From Rhizodiscina lignyota (taxonomy: Eukaryota): a DNA stretch of 64,000 nt. The DNA lies in the NCBI GenBank assembly GCA_010015805.1, contig ML978140.1:124001-188000 (forward strand), written 5' to 3'. The notes beneath the pieces are model-generated. The model was not told the origin of the DNA. It ran no database searches and saw only the letters and a program-made list of their open reading frames with translations. Position 1 is the stretch's first letter; each line of letters starts with the position of its first letter. Made by a program: the position numbers and the translations under genes. Below, piece by piece: positions 25,123 through 38,914 of this stretch.

Positions 25123-25504
25123 GGTGGTGGCTTCGATTTAGCTCACGCTGTGTCGATATTCGACAGAAACTGTTGAAAGGTGACAACAAGGTTGGGCACA
25201 TAAGGGCACCCAGCAGCAATAGTGTGGTCTCTATGACAAATAATGTATACAGTATTGCCAACGGTGTGCGAGTGTATCATACATTCGAAACAACAGAGGA
25301 CTAAGTTTCCAAGAACAGTCGCACTCGCTTTAAATAGCAAGAGCTGCCCAACTCTCAGCGGTACACCTCATACAGCGGCCGAATAATTCAAGCACTCCAT
25401 GCATCGTCATTTGCGGAAAAGAAGATTATGACAGATCCTCTATGGTTGTTATTGAGCATGCTAGCCTCCGCTGCTTATAACAGCTGTGCTAGACTGTGAC
25501 AATG

Positions 25505-28060
25505 TCAAGTCTGTCCGAACGTGTTCATCAGGTCCTGCCAATTTGATATGGCCCGGTCTAGCATCAGCAGCAGTTGGGTCACCGTCTTGTAACCTTTTGC
25601 CAAAGCGGCCTGTAGCGCATTGCCATGGATTCCACCTTGCGCGTTGACATCGGCGCCATGGAGAAGCAAAATCTCAGCGATCCGCAGATGACCTAGGGCT
25701 GATGCAGCTTGAAGCGCGTTGCCATACAATCCACCTTGCGCATTGACATCGGCGCCATTGGAAAGCAGAATTTCGACGAATTGCGGATGACCTGAAGCTG
25801 ATGCGACTTGTAGCGCAGTGCCGTAACGTTCTAATTCGCATTGATGTCGGCGCCATGGAGACGCAGTGTTTTGACTACCTTCATGAACTCCTTGTCGCCT
25901 AAATACGATGGAAATTCGTAATCCCACTGTTGACCGTGGGTATCAGCGGCATTTCTGGATAGCAGTTCAACCGCCCTTCTGTGGCATTGGTGGCTTGCGG
26001 CACCTAGACCGCAAGAAGTGGTTAGTAGTAACTCATAAAAGTGACTAACTTGTGCGCAGATACTAGCAACTTTACGCTGTAACATCTCAATAATGTCACT
26101 TCCCGCTTGCGCCAGGAACCGTATCACATTGTCCCTGCGACAGTTGCTCACTTCGTCCGACACAGTGCTGTGGTGTAAAATGATGTTCGCGGCCGCCTCT
26201 ACGACCTTTGCTTTGTTTTCTGGGCGTCGGAGGAAAAACTTGATGGCCTTTTCAGGAAAGAATTCTATGAGCTCAGAAATAGTTCCTTCATCAGTCTCGA
26301 CTCTATGGTCATGCTCCGCAAGAAGGAGGGCCACTATTCTGTCTCCGTTCTCAGTATTTCGTGCCGCAGCTCTGATAACCCCTTGTGTGATCTTGACTTT
26401 CCAATGCTGCAGAAGTAGTGCTATGGTCCGTGAATGGAACCATCGTACGAGTTCAATGATGGCACTGCCGTTGATATGATCGTTGTCGTCTTGTTCCTTA
26501 AGGAGGAGAGCTTTCAATTCTACTTTTTCCTCAACATGCCTTGCCGTAGCCGTGGCTCCCATTTGCACGATTTGAACCTTATCCTTCCGCAGCTCGAGAA
26601 GAACTTTCACAGTCTCCATGGAGAATAATTTTACGAGCTCAGGTATGGCACCATCTCCGATCTCAATTTTTATCATCTTGTTCCTCCAGAAGCTGAGCCA
26701 CCACTTTCTTCTCGTGCATAGCGTTCGCTGCAGCGGCCCTCACTACCTTTCCCGTAACTTTGATCTGACTTTTCCGGTGCTTAAGAAGAAGTCGAATGTG
26801 CTTCGGCCGAAATAGGGTCATGAGCTTTGATATTACCTCTTCTGAAATGACTACCATGTCTTCTCGCTGCCTCAGAAGAAGCGCCATCCCCTGCCACCTA
26901 TTCTCTGGAAACGCTGCACGTCTTACCATTTCTTCTGTGATCTCAACTTCTTTCTTAGCAATGAGCTTGAAAATTATTTCCGGACTAACTGCCCGTAATA
27001 ATTTTGCGATTTCACTGTCGGGAGAGAAGAGGTCACCCAAGAAATCCAAAACAGTCCCACAGCTCTTTTCTAGCGCCGTTTCTGATATATCAAGATTGAA
27101 CAAGAACTCGATGACCTCGCGAACAACTTCCGGCTCTGGCTTGTTATAGTCTACGCGTAGTCTGTCAATATCCCGAGCATCTGAACTGATATTAAGCAAA
27201 GCATAAATCAGGTCTCGATCAATACTTGCTTTGCTCCCGCTGAACTTCTGCAATAGAGTATAGAGCTGTCGATTTTGTCTCCACCAAGAGCCGTTCCTTG
27301 ACCACCCCGGCATGATGTCCAGAACGGCCTGACAATGACTTGCAGGAGTTATACCCATCAGTGACGAAGCAAGAGCAAAGGTACGCGCAGGAACAGATCT
27401 ATCACCGCAGCACACTAAGGCTGCTTGGGAATTGGCGACTTCCTGTAAGATCCAAACTCTTTCAAACCACGGTGACTCTAAGGGAAGTCTCATCCCTTCC
27501 CGTTGCCGGCTCAAAAGATTGCTGTGTTTTCTGTGCAATTCCATCTGAATCCTGGACCAGAGACACTTCCAACGTTCATCATCGAGTGTCCAATCCTTGC
27601 AGGCATACTTTAGACTTTCGCTATGCAGCATCTTTATGGATTCCATGGCGACCTTTGTCTCATATGTCCCAACGCCCAGCCAGTAAATGACCGTCTCCGC
27701 TTGACGGAAGATGTCCGCCATATGCTTGACTTGATGTCCTCTTTCCTCAAGATTCTTTTGATCAATGCAGATTGCATCAATCCAGAGGATCCTCTCAGTA
27801 TCCTTTTGTTGGAGCCTCTGAAGCGCAACGTACAGGTTCAGGGTGACCGGAAGTTTCTTTCCGTCTACTGTGACAGTAGCTGTTTTCTCCATGCCTCCCC
27901 AAGTATATGACAAAGCTTCGTAGGGGATCACACTGTTGCGTGGACCAAGTTCGGCGTGGACGAGCTCACACGTAATGTCGGATCCGTCGCCTTTGAATAG
28001 TCGTACGAGTCGAAAGATAGAGTGGTCGAGGTCGAGCGGCGTATACTGGAACTCCTCCAT
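25505..28060 (-). pseudogene. HET-domain (HET-6-like) plus helical repeat plus ankyrin protein with two frameshifts
   Basis: YEALSYTWG, LWIDAICIDQ..ERGHQV..M..I, WFERVWILQEV, DRDLIYALL; ITEEMVRRAA/VTGKVVRAAAAN/ITQGVIRAAARN repeats; GADVNAQGG.YGNALQAAS ankyrins. Frame breaks at about 26667-26671 and 25835. Confidence 0.85.
25560..25860 (-). repeat. Tandem 99-bp ankyrin-coding repeats
   Basis: GCRTTGAYRTCGGCGCCAT recurs at 25641, 25740 and 25838 (spacing 99 and 98). Confidence 0.8.
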
Positions 28061-30275
28061 GTCTAAGAAGATGTAGCCGAGCAACAGTAACGTCAATCTA
28101 GCCCTGAAAAGGGCCACGGGTTGCCGAATAAGAAGTTGCTTTGAAGCTCAGTGAGGAACTTTAACTGTTGAACGTAGGTGTATAAGTAAATGTATGCGTC
28201 AAGACAATCTGGATTATGGATTACAGTGGAGAGAAAATCGTATCAAAGTAGACGGGGACGATGACGAGGCTGTTAGCTGCATTCCCAAGCCTCAAGGTGA
28301 GTTGGTATGACAAGGCTGACTTTGACCGGTGAACTTGTGAAGAGCCAGGGATTCGACAGCAGAATTCTAACTAGCACCAGCTGGCATTCCAAATTGGTGC
28401 ATATGCCAACATCGGGCTGTGCCGCAATTTTTGCTAAGTGGACAAGGCCGGCTCTGAGCTACTCTAAATGGTTGCGACGTGCTTTTAGCCAATCAGCCCG
28501 AGACGGAGGCTGCTTGGGCCGCTACTGAAAAGCTATTTGTCAATAGCAACACAGTTTGTATAACTATGAAGGACAGTCCATTTGGATTTTTGAAGAGCGA
28601 AATTCGCAATGGCTCAATTTGCTGAAGTGTCACTCCCTGGTCCTTACACTAGAACAGAGAGCGAGGCTGCGGTTTTCCAGGGCCTACGAGGCTGAATGCG
28701 TGACCATACTCGGAGAAGGTTACTCTTACGATAAGTGCCTTAGCACGCTCGCCTATTTCCAACTATCGCCGCACTCGTATCGGCTTTGTTGGACACGTGG
28801 CTCTCATCGGTCGCTGTTGGTACAAGTCTGTCCGCCTTGTTGTTTTTGTTTTTCCTATATTAAAGTGTATAATACTCTTGGTGTTAGTCAAACATAATCG
28901 TGTCCCCTAATACTGAAGTTGCTCTTCATTCCTCTTTACGACAACCGAGGGCACTGGTCATTATGGTCCAGATTGTTACAATCAAGTCAACTTCTTCGGC
29001 ATGGAGAAAGCCGCTCCGTCGGAGATTGATTTGTGCGCCCCAAGGAAGATTAGCATCTTTCACTTCAAGCCATCAGATACACAGCAATAGCAAGATCACA
29101 GCAGCACCCAACAAAAAGTCCCTTTCATTCTACATGTGCCGATGATACGGCTCAGGGTAGCGGACAAGCGCTCTTACCTAAGACGAAAGTAGCAGTTGTG
29201 TTGCCAAAAATGGACTGGCGTGCCCGCCATGGACGTCGGACTACATAACGTTGTTCACTTCGCAAAGATCTGACTCGGGAAGTATCTTGTTTAACATGCA
29301 CCAATAAATTTCTGTAAGTGGTTGAGCCCATTAACTGAACGGCTGCAGTATGAACAAGTTTGTTCTCCAGCACGAGCGAGAGCATCTCTGAAAGCTCGAT
29401 TAAATATGGGGCAGATAGGACTGATCCAAAACACGCACCTCCAATGTGTATAATATGTATTAGCTCAGGAGGATATGTATCCTCGCCGTTCGACTTGTTG
29501 TAGCCACGACTTAACTCTTGTCGCTCATTTGCCTGACCACACGACGTCGGCGAAATACCTTGCTTACGGGAATTCTACGCCCCGAAAAAGAGGATGTGGC
29601 ACAAAACGTGAGGCGAGCAAGAGCAGAATCTGTCGGATGGAAATCTTAGCAGTCTGCGTCACTGTCAGCCGCGGTACAAGTATTCGCTCAAACAAGATAT
29701 AGTCGCGCCGCGTATTGTCCTGGAGTTATCGGGCCGTCATCTTCTCGTTGCAGATTACGTTACTCCTCCATGCGGGACAGGAATCTGCCAGTGACTGCAC
29801 CACCATCGCTGCGCTCAAGATGTCAATTGATGAAGAGGTGCTCGTGGTCCATCCGCGTAAAGGAGTCAAGACGACCCAGGAAATTGACAGCGGGGCCTCC
29901 GAGTATGATCTTGTGAACTAGTTCAGCGTTCAGATTAAGCTTAGAAACTCTAAAATGACCTCTCAGTACTCCTCAATTATCAGTGAAATCGAGAACTTGA
30001 CACTGCTGGACAGCGGAAATCGATGAAAAACCGGACACGCAAATAATGAATGCACGATTTGCCGACGCCATCTCAGCATGCATGATATATACAAGACTAT
30101 GTACAGTGGCAGTACACATTACGTGCAAGATCTTTATCCCGTTAATCGCACACATTTCCCTTTATATCCTGCAGAAACTCAAAAAATAGAAGGGTATCCG
30201 ATCGCCTTGCCATGAGAATAAGGGAGAGTCGACGTCGCGAAACATCAGGACGCAGAAGATGCCGAGAGCACGTAT

Positions 30276-31203
30276 CTACAGTGCAACTGCAAAGATGAAA
30301 GACGCCGCTCCGGCAATTATTACCAGCGCGCAACTTCTGCTGGATACCAGGTCTGCGGCATCGCCTTGCGAGTCGAACAGCGTGCCACCACCACCCGGCT
30401 GAGATGTAGATGTGGAGGACGCCGATGTCGATGTGCTCGTACCACTCTTTGGAGTTGGTGTCCCACCAGCCATGACAATTCCATTAGCAGTTGTCGTATG
30501 CTGCTTTGCTGACAAGGTCGATGACGTTGAAGCTGGCATAGGAATGATGCTGACGGTGCTCTTGATAATCGATGTGCTCTTTTCCCCAGAGCTGACTCCA
30601 CTCGGGCCGTATTGCATAGGCTGCTCTACAGCTACTGTGCTGCCTTTCGAGTTTGTCGTCGTCGCCTTCAGCGTGGTCTCCAGCGTGGTCTCCAGCGCGC
30701 TGGGAGGCTGCGTTGTTGAGGCTTTATGCGACGTCTTCGGCTGCGCTGCGGAGCTAGTCGCGGAATTTGCTGCGGCCTGCGCATCGTTTAGGCGCGACTG
30801 TTCAATGCCACTGCTTGTAAGAGAGCAAGAGAACTCGATCGGTGAGAGAAAGCGATCAACTTGGGAGGCTTCGAAGTTGGAGCAGGCCTTCTTCGCGCAG
30901 GAGATGGTGTTCGCGAGGTAGGATGTGTCGCTTGCGAGTTTGCATATACCTGTTTGACGAGATGAGTCAATTCAATCCGCAGTTGCTGGGCTTCAGATGA
31001 TACTCACAGTTCGTCTCATACCATGAGCAATCGGTTCCGCTCGTCTGCTTCGAGCAGCTATCCCAGCAGTCCGGAAGTTCATTCAAGACATTTCCATTTC
31101 CCGAATCTCCATTATCATCACCACCGTGCGCCAATATTAAGTTCGCGCTGAAGGCGAGGAGCAGGAATAACGCGAAAGGAGAGGCACCGCCCGTGGCCAA
31201 CAT
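30276..31203 (-). CDS. CFEM-domain, Ser/Thr-rich, predicted GPI-anchored cell-surface protein
   Basis: Signal peptide; LPDCWDSC...C....NC|ICK...SCAKKAC...FSC cysteine pattern across an intron at about 30949-31007; S/T-rich stalk; hydrophobic C-terminus ALVIIAGAASFIFAVAL. Confidence 0.8.
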
Positions 31204-33544
31204 TTCTGTGGTACAGCAACCCGCTGATCCAGGGGCGCGTAGAATAAGCAGAAGAGACGAAAAGGAGCGACCAAATCAACGCGTCCGCAGGTTAGAGAAG
31301 GAGTGTGAGCGTGTAGCAGTGCATGCTATACACGGAGGTGCAGCGGCAAACTGGCAAGAAGGGAGTGGACGAAGTTATCAAGACGACGAGGTGAGGTGAG
31401 AGGGGAGGTTGCGGCTCTTTGCTGGTGTGGAGCTGATTCGAGCGCGGGCCTCGCGGTGCATCGCGAAGGCAGAAAGGGGAAAGGCGCCGGGGACGCTCGG
31501 GACATCAGGAGGTCGACTTCATTTCCCCAGCAGCGGCCACGCGCAAATCTCCATCAGAACACGAGCCCGCAAATTCTCCGACTTGGTCTTTCTTCCTGCT
31601 GCTGCGCGCTGCTGTTTGGAAACGTCCATTGCGATGTGTAACGCGTGTCGTCATTGCCTGGCTGATCTTCAGCCTCCCCTATTTGCGATCGTCAGGCACT
31701 CTGCACCTCATTCCGACTTTGAGAATGGCTTCTCTCATGCGCAAAGCGCCCGTTCAAGTGCCGTGTGTCCAATTGAGCCAAGATGAGAAGATCATGAAGG
31801 GGCGGCTGAAGGATGGACATCACGACAGTTGTCGCCCACGCAACCAGCATTCCTGCTGCTATTCCCGCGCTCTGTTTCAGCCCTACACAATGTTCCAAAA
31901 CATCCGGCCAATCACAACACTTGGGATGGGTCCGGATATGATGGAAACAAATTCACGGTAGCTGTCGTAAGAGGCGAGGTTGGGATAAATTGCAATCGCA
32001 GGCTTCCTCGAGGATAGGTGACAAAAACCGCTGATTCCGATGGAAGTATTCCGATCATCACAGACGACAGAAATTGAGCTGGTTAGGCTTAGAGTATCCT
32101 TGATGGTTTGACGAATAATGGAAAAGCATAGGCGGTGTTCTCAAAGATGTTCTGCACTTTTTCAGTTGCGATAAGTCTGCTCATTCCTCTTGGTTTTACC
32201 TGTGATGGTATCTATTATACAGTTAACGACAGACATGAGTCGCGAATTCAACACAATACTTAAAACGGTGAGAGGAACTTGATAACACCTAACTAATGGC
32301 GATATTTCCAGAGCCCAGCGAGAGCTTCTGACTATAAAACGGGCGTCAGAGATGTACCTAATGGCATACGCAACACACTCTGCATCATCGGCAGAAAATA
32401 CATGGTGTAGAGCAACGCCGGATCTGCGAAATCGACATCTTGCCAGACTCTGATGCCGTTTGAATTAGAGAGATAGATATGCACATAGGCTGGCTGAGGT
32501 GATCCGTTTGCAACTGTCGCCATTGATATCTGTGGTGGAATCTCGTTCGTCTTGGGCACCCTTTATATGCGTCGAGCCTGACAACAAAACCCCACGGCAT
32601 GCAAGTAGGTTCCCTCCTTCAAATAGTCGTTGGCAGGATAAAGTACTAGGTCCTCGGTTGGGATCTCCTGTGTGTTCGCCGCCTGACAATTGGTAGCCGA
32701 AAGGTGTGATATTTAGTTGATGGTTCATTGCCCAGAACAGCTATGGTAACTTGTTTCACAAGCCAAGCTAACTGTGTAGGGAGAATACCCCTGAGACCTG
32801 AAAGGCATGACATGGATGGAGTGCCGAGGCAAGTCAAAGAAAAAAAAGTTTGGCCGAGACGCGACAAAGGCACAAACGACAAACAGATTAGAACGACGCA
32901 TGTGGTAGCAAAGCAAAATTGAGAATAGGATGGATATTGTATGCTTGACCTAAACTAACATGCGAACAAATAGACATATAAAGATCAGATGAACGAGAGA
33001 AATGGATTTAAGGAGACACTCTGAGATGATCGACTGTACAACTATGGTATCGGTGCATAAAAGAAGAGCATTGAGCAGAAGATCCGCAGTCAGTCTTTGA
33101 CCAGCTCGTATGGATCCACCATCGAAGCCCACGCTCGGAGTTTACATTTTGCAGAACGCGAACGATAATCTCAAAGCCCGGTACGCTAACGCCGCGCATA
33201 GGTGCTGGATGAGAGTTTATGCTGACGATCTTCACGGCTTTCATCAACGGGATGGACTTCGACTTGTAGTGAATGGCTCTATAGAGCTCTTTATAGAGCA
33301 GACGGTGATTAGTAAATACACAATACGATAGTGGAGGATGACATGAGGAAGCGTTGATGCTGGCCGTGGCAGGATCCGTGGGTGAGATGCGGGGATTGCT
33401 CGGCCAGTTTGATCGCCCTCGGATCGTGGCGGCCATCACGACATCAGCTCCAGACGATGCTCACCGAGTATTTATGCAGATGATGATTCATCGTGCTTTC
33501 CATATTGCCATTCAGCGTCAGTTCCTTCAAGTCCCATATCAAGC

Positions 33545-35007
33545 ATGTCTGCTGCCCCATACACCATCTCAGTGCCGGACGCGGCCATCGACCGCCTCAA
33601 CGACTTGCTTAGTGATCCGACGTTTCAGGATGAACTAGAGACGAGCGACCAATGGAACTACGGCGCTCCTCTCGCGGATGTGAAGAGATTGGCGAAATAC
33701 TGGAAAGACGAGTTTGATTGGCGAGAGGCGGAGAAGAAACTCAACCAGCTCCCCAATTACACGACGTCCATTACCGTAGATGGCTTTCAACCCCTGGACA
33801 TTCATTTTGTGCACCAGAAGAGTGACAAGCCTGGCGCTATCCCGTTGCTTTTTGTTCATGGTTGTACGTACTCACTCAGGACCAGCTGAAAATAAAAAGA
33901 GGGAGACCGTTGCTGAGCAGTACATAGGGCCAGGATCGTTCATCGAAGTTACCAAAATCCTTCCGCTGCTGGAAGGCGACGACAGGAACCCAGCATTCGA
34001 TGTCATCGCCCCATCTCTCCCCAATTTTGGTTTCTCTGGGGCCGTAAAAAAGGGCGGCTTTGGCATGGAGCAGTATGCTGAGACGTGCCACAAGCTGATG
34101 CTCTCGCTAGGATACAATGAATATGGTAACGAAACCTTTCGTCTAGCATCCGCATCATGAACTCCATTAACTGACAATTGAGATAGTTACACAAGGCGGT
34201 GACTGGGGCACAATGATTACCCGCACGATGGGAGCCAAGTATCCCGACCACGTGAAAGCGTCACATATCAATATGATTCTCGCGCGACCCCCAACGTTCG
34301 CCAGGAATCCATTCTATGCTCTTCAGCACATGCTCACACCGTACACTACGGGTGAGAAAGCTGGACTGTGAGGCCCCCTTTCCCCTTCCGCTTCACTTCT
34401 CCCGCTCTTACTGTTCTCCATCTTCTCAAACTAACCCCCTCCCAGCGCACGAACAAAATGGTTCTCCGACGAAGGTTCTGGCTACCGCATGCTGCAAAAT
34501 ACCAAACCGCAAACCCTCGGCTACGGTCTCGCCTCTTCCCCAATGTTTCTCCTCGCGTGGATCTACGAGAAGCTGCACGACTGGACAGACTCCTACCCCT
34601 GGACGGACGACGAGATCTGCACTTGGATCTCCATCTACCAATTCAGCACCGCCGGCCCGGCCGCCAGCGTGCGCATCTACTACGAAGTCGCGCATGTGCC
34701 CACACCTACCTTAGCCAAGGTCACGGGACTTCAAGGGCGCGCAGCGAGCGGTGGGTATATCCCAAGGGTGAAGCTGGGGGTGGGGAGGTTCCCAAAGGAA
34801 TTGTGGGTCACGCCAAAGGTTTGGGCGCGGACGATTGGACCGTTGGTCTGGGAGGGGGAGCATGAGAGTGGGGGTCATTTTGCGGCGTGGGAGAGGCCGG
34901 ATGCCATCGCTGGGGATCTAAGAGGTATGCTTGGGAAGAAGGGGCCTTGTTATGGCATTGTGAAGGGGAAGGATGGGTATGAGGCCCAGACCCAGGCGAG
35001 GCTTTGA
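33545..35007 (+). CDS. Microsomal-type epoxide hydrolase (EHN plus alpha/beta hydrolase), multi-exon
   Basis: [24 protein letters not shown]|(W)[20 protein letters not shown] nucleophile motif, GGHFAAWE catalytic His. Confidence 0.92.
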
Positions 35008-35387
35008 CGAGCTAGGGGATATTGAGAAATCCACCAGGTTTCGATAGCGTTGATGTTGGTTTCGTTGGGATTAATACGGGCCTCAGAGAAGAGCGACTTG
35101 TCTGGATGGAACTGGACATATTGGAATGGCACTGATAACTAAATCTGTGAGTTTCGATTAACTTCCTGTGTTGGCGCTTCCAGGTATGTAACTTAATGTG
35201 AAAGATACTTGGATTTCTATGTTCAGCAAATCAGTTGAAGCTAAAAGTCCGTACAATCACGCCGATCGAGTGATATTCCTCAACTGGAGCAAGTTCCAGA
35301 GAAAATTCCTGCAGAATCGACAATTGGAAAGGAAATGTGTCGCAGACAAACCAGAAAGAAGTGGAATCAATGATGCACGCAGCACCC

Positions 35388-38300
35388 TCAACTCGTCCCA
35401 GGAGTCGTAACTGTCCTTCCATCCGTCCACTTCGATCTCGAAGCCGTCGTCGCACTGATAGTCAACACCTCCTCCAGCAACCTCCTCGGCTCCTTCAAAT
35501 CTCTCAACTCCGCTCCAACAAACTCCCTCGCAATCTGCTCCGCCTCCTCAAGCTCGGCCGCCTCTCCCTCCGGCATGACCGCGCACGCCTCAACAAGGTC
35601 TTCCCCTTTTGCCTCCAGCAAAATCAGCTCTTCCGCTCGCTGCACCACTTCCGACGCGATACCATTCATAGCCGCACAGCATGTGCCGAAGCTGGAGGCA
35701 CTGCGCCCGGGGCGCAAGTTGTACAGGTACGTGATCTGGTTCTCGACCTCGTCGGCTTGCAGGTCCACGCGGACTTGCATGTTCGCGAAGGCGAGGGCGG
35801 GGCGCGGCCGCAGGAATCCGGTCTCGAAGATCTCATGATAGTGCGTTGCACCGATGACTTTGGGACAGGAGTTGGAGCCATCTGCGCTGAGACTGAGGAG
35901 ATGCTCGAACACGCCGCAAGCGAGGCCGGCGCCGTCGTTGCTTTCGGTGCCCTTGCCGAATTCGTCGATGATGAGGAGGCTGCGGGGTGTCGCGAGGGAA
36001 AGCGCCATGGAGATCTGCTGGAGGTCGATCATGAATGCACTCTGCATTCGGGAGACCGTTTCATGGGTGGCGATGCGGGCGAGGATTTTGTCTGTGAGGC
36101 CGATTTCTGCGTGTTCAGCTGGAACGAAGCTTCCGACATGAGCCATGTAGACGATTAGCGCGACTTGCTTTAGATAGACGCTTTTACCGGAGTAGTTGGG
36201 GCCAGTTAAGATAAGCATGTTTGGAGCATCGGCTGGAGGGGTTCTCGTATGTGAAGGTGTGCGATGGTCGCTGGCTTGTGAAGTGCCTGTCGTGGACTCT
36301 GGCCATGGTTCAATGTCATCGCCTTGTCCACCAACCAGATATGTATCGTTCGCAACATAGGAGGCAACAGTAAGCTCTTGAAGCGGATGCCGCCCAGCTT
36401 CGATGTTCACAATATTCTTCTTCGTGACCCTCGGTCGAGAATAATTGTACCGTCGAGCCCCCTGAGCAAGAGCAAGTAGACAATCAAGTTCTGCGCAGAC
36501 ATCTGAGCAATCAGCCAGTAAATCCTCGTACTGCAAAATTTCCTGCGCAAGCTGATGAACAATCTCAATCTCTTTATCGCAGATGAGGGTCCATGTGTCC
36601 CCGAACTGATCATCGAGCTCGTACATCTCGCTGCTCTTGTAATACGCGATCATATCAGAGTTGAACATTCGTTCCCACGGACTATCGGCGCTGCCCTCGT
36701 AGATGCCGACGCCGGTATCGCTGTCGAGCTCGATGGCGATAAGGAATCCAATTTGCGGAAATGCCAAAACGTTGATCTCGGCTTCCAGAAACGACGGGAC
36801 TGGCTTGGAGATGTGAATGGCGACCTCCATCAGCATAGATTCCATGCCAGCCCATACTCTCTTCATCCCATCAAGCTCTTCATCTACGCCATGATTCACC
36901 ACAGTACGTCTCTCCTCTTCTGAAGCAGCAAAGTCAACCGCGTCAACAATGCTTCTCCCCACAGCTTGCAAAGTTCTCGCATCAAACTTGTCAACGATCT
37001 TATTCCTAATCGCCAACCTCTCCGCTCCATTGACCTCGTGGAACGTATCCAGTATCTTAAGCGTGCGGTACACAAACTCCCTGAGCGTAGCCCACACGCC
37101 TCGCTTAATCCCACCTTTCATCGTGCCCGCGCTCACACCCTTCCGCATGCTCACTAGAGTCGAGCGGATGTTTCTGATGTGGACAAGATTCTTGACCAGT
37201 TCATCCATGCTTACGGTATTGTCTGGTCTGAGGAACACCGCGATCGAATCCAGACGCTCGTTGATGATGGTGATGTTGAGGCTTGGGCGGAGGAAGTATT
37301 GGCGAAGTAACATTTTGCCCTGCGGCGTTCGCGCTGAGAAGTGAAACAAGCCGTAAACAGACAGCCCTTCCTTTGATCCTGAAGATGCCTTTGTGGGACC
37401 TTGATTGTGGAGATGAGGATGCGCTTCAGACTGGATAATTTGCAACGAAGCGAGCGCGTCGGCATTAATGAACATCGTGTCCTTCAGCGAGAACATGGCA
37501 ACAGTTGAGACTCTGAAGAGCGCATGCTGAGCTCGGTCGCCGGGGAGGAAACTTGCGGCGCGTCGTCGTTGGAGATAGGACAAGACGGCGCCGGCGCAGC
37601 CAACTGTGATTGTGCTCTCGACGTCGATCCAGCCCGCGAGCTTGAGGAGCCAACCTTGTCGTCCAGAAAAGTCTTCTGTGTCATCGTCGACACCGCTAGT
37701 GGGAAGCACGTCGCCGGGGATGACGAAGGTTACGCGTGGTCCCTCACCGTGGTCAATTTGGAGGCCGACGAGCTTGTTTCTCGCCCCTTCATATGCGAAC
37801 TCTGTGGAAGGCCGGACTTCAAGATTGTATGGGAGACGAAACTGATCGCGAGATGCTCCTAAATAATACTGTCAGTCGCGAATGAAGTTTACCATATTTC
37901 AAAAGATCACTCACTGCTCTCTGCCGTCGTGCCTCTTGCTCCGACCTCGGGGTCAAGCTTGTCAATCAACGCGTCGTCCACTCTGTTTGGCACCAGTATG
38001 ACGGTCGGCTCAACATAAGTCTTCACTGCGATATCATAAGCACGAATAACGCCTAACAACCGCATAGAGGAACAAACAGCCATCGACAATATCCGCACCA
38101 CCAGCCTTCACATCCTCCATGAAATATAGTGTCTCCTCTCTTGCTACATAATACGCACAGCCAACGTCTCCCCTACCACGCATATCAACAGCCATGACAA
38201 TTTCATTTAGATATTCCAGTTCTTCGTCGAGTTCCGCCTCCTGCTCGGCTCGCGCGCCGGCCGTATCGAATGTAGCTTGACGAACATTGTCGGAGGGCGG

Positions 38301-38528
38301 GAGAGAAGTCGAGGACACAGCATTTTGGGCTGAACGACGCGTTGAAGAGCTGTTTGACGCGTTTAGTTTGGCGCGCTTTCGGATTGGACGCGGCGCGGCT
38401 GCGTGCTGTGATGCTGAAGAGTGTGAAGCGAATCCGCGAGGCTGTGAAGTTGGCGTCGGGGTCGCATGTTGGCTTTGAAATGCAGGAGTTGACTGCCTTG
38501 AAGAAGTATTTAATGCCCTAGATGTCAT
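35388..38528 (-). CDS. MSH5: MutS homolog 5 (meiotic crossover)
   Basis: [75 protein letters not shown] typical of MSH5. Short 5' exons. Confidence 0.92.
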
Positions 38529-38914
38529 TGCAATGGAAAAGTGGATGTAAAGCGAGTATTGCCGGGGCATGAATAGTTGAAAGGTTGAGAGGGAAGGTTG
38601 ATGACTTTTAAGCGGGATAAGCGGCAATATTCAAGCTTCTCAAAGAAATCATTTATAATACAGCAGATACAGTACATCAATATGCAAGAGCAGGGAGGAT
38701 GTATTGACACAATATACAAGAGCAGATATACAAACGTTCATAATTCGTCAGTGTGTCCAAGTTTGGATCCTCCAACATTTTGCAAATGGCCAGATGGAAC
38801 GCCTCCAAATGCATTTATTCCAACAATACCTGATTCTCACAATGTCAGTAGGAAAACGCCAACAGCTCATTTGAACCTGATGGATCATAAATGAGAATCG
38901 TAGGTTTCAGCATT

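Noticed and set aside
28100..30200. Short ORFs in a gene-poor stretch
   Set aside because: No recognisable motif or codon bias; may hide relics, but nothing can be supported.
31300..33450. Short ORFs between the CFEM gene and the epoxide hydrolase
   Set aside because: No recognisable domain or consistent exon structure.
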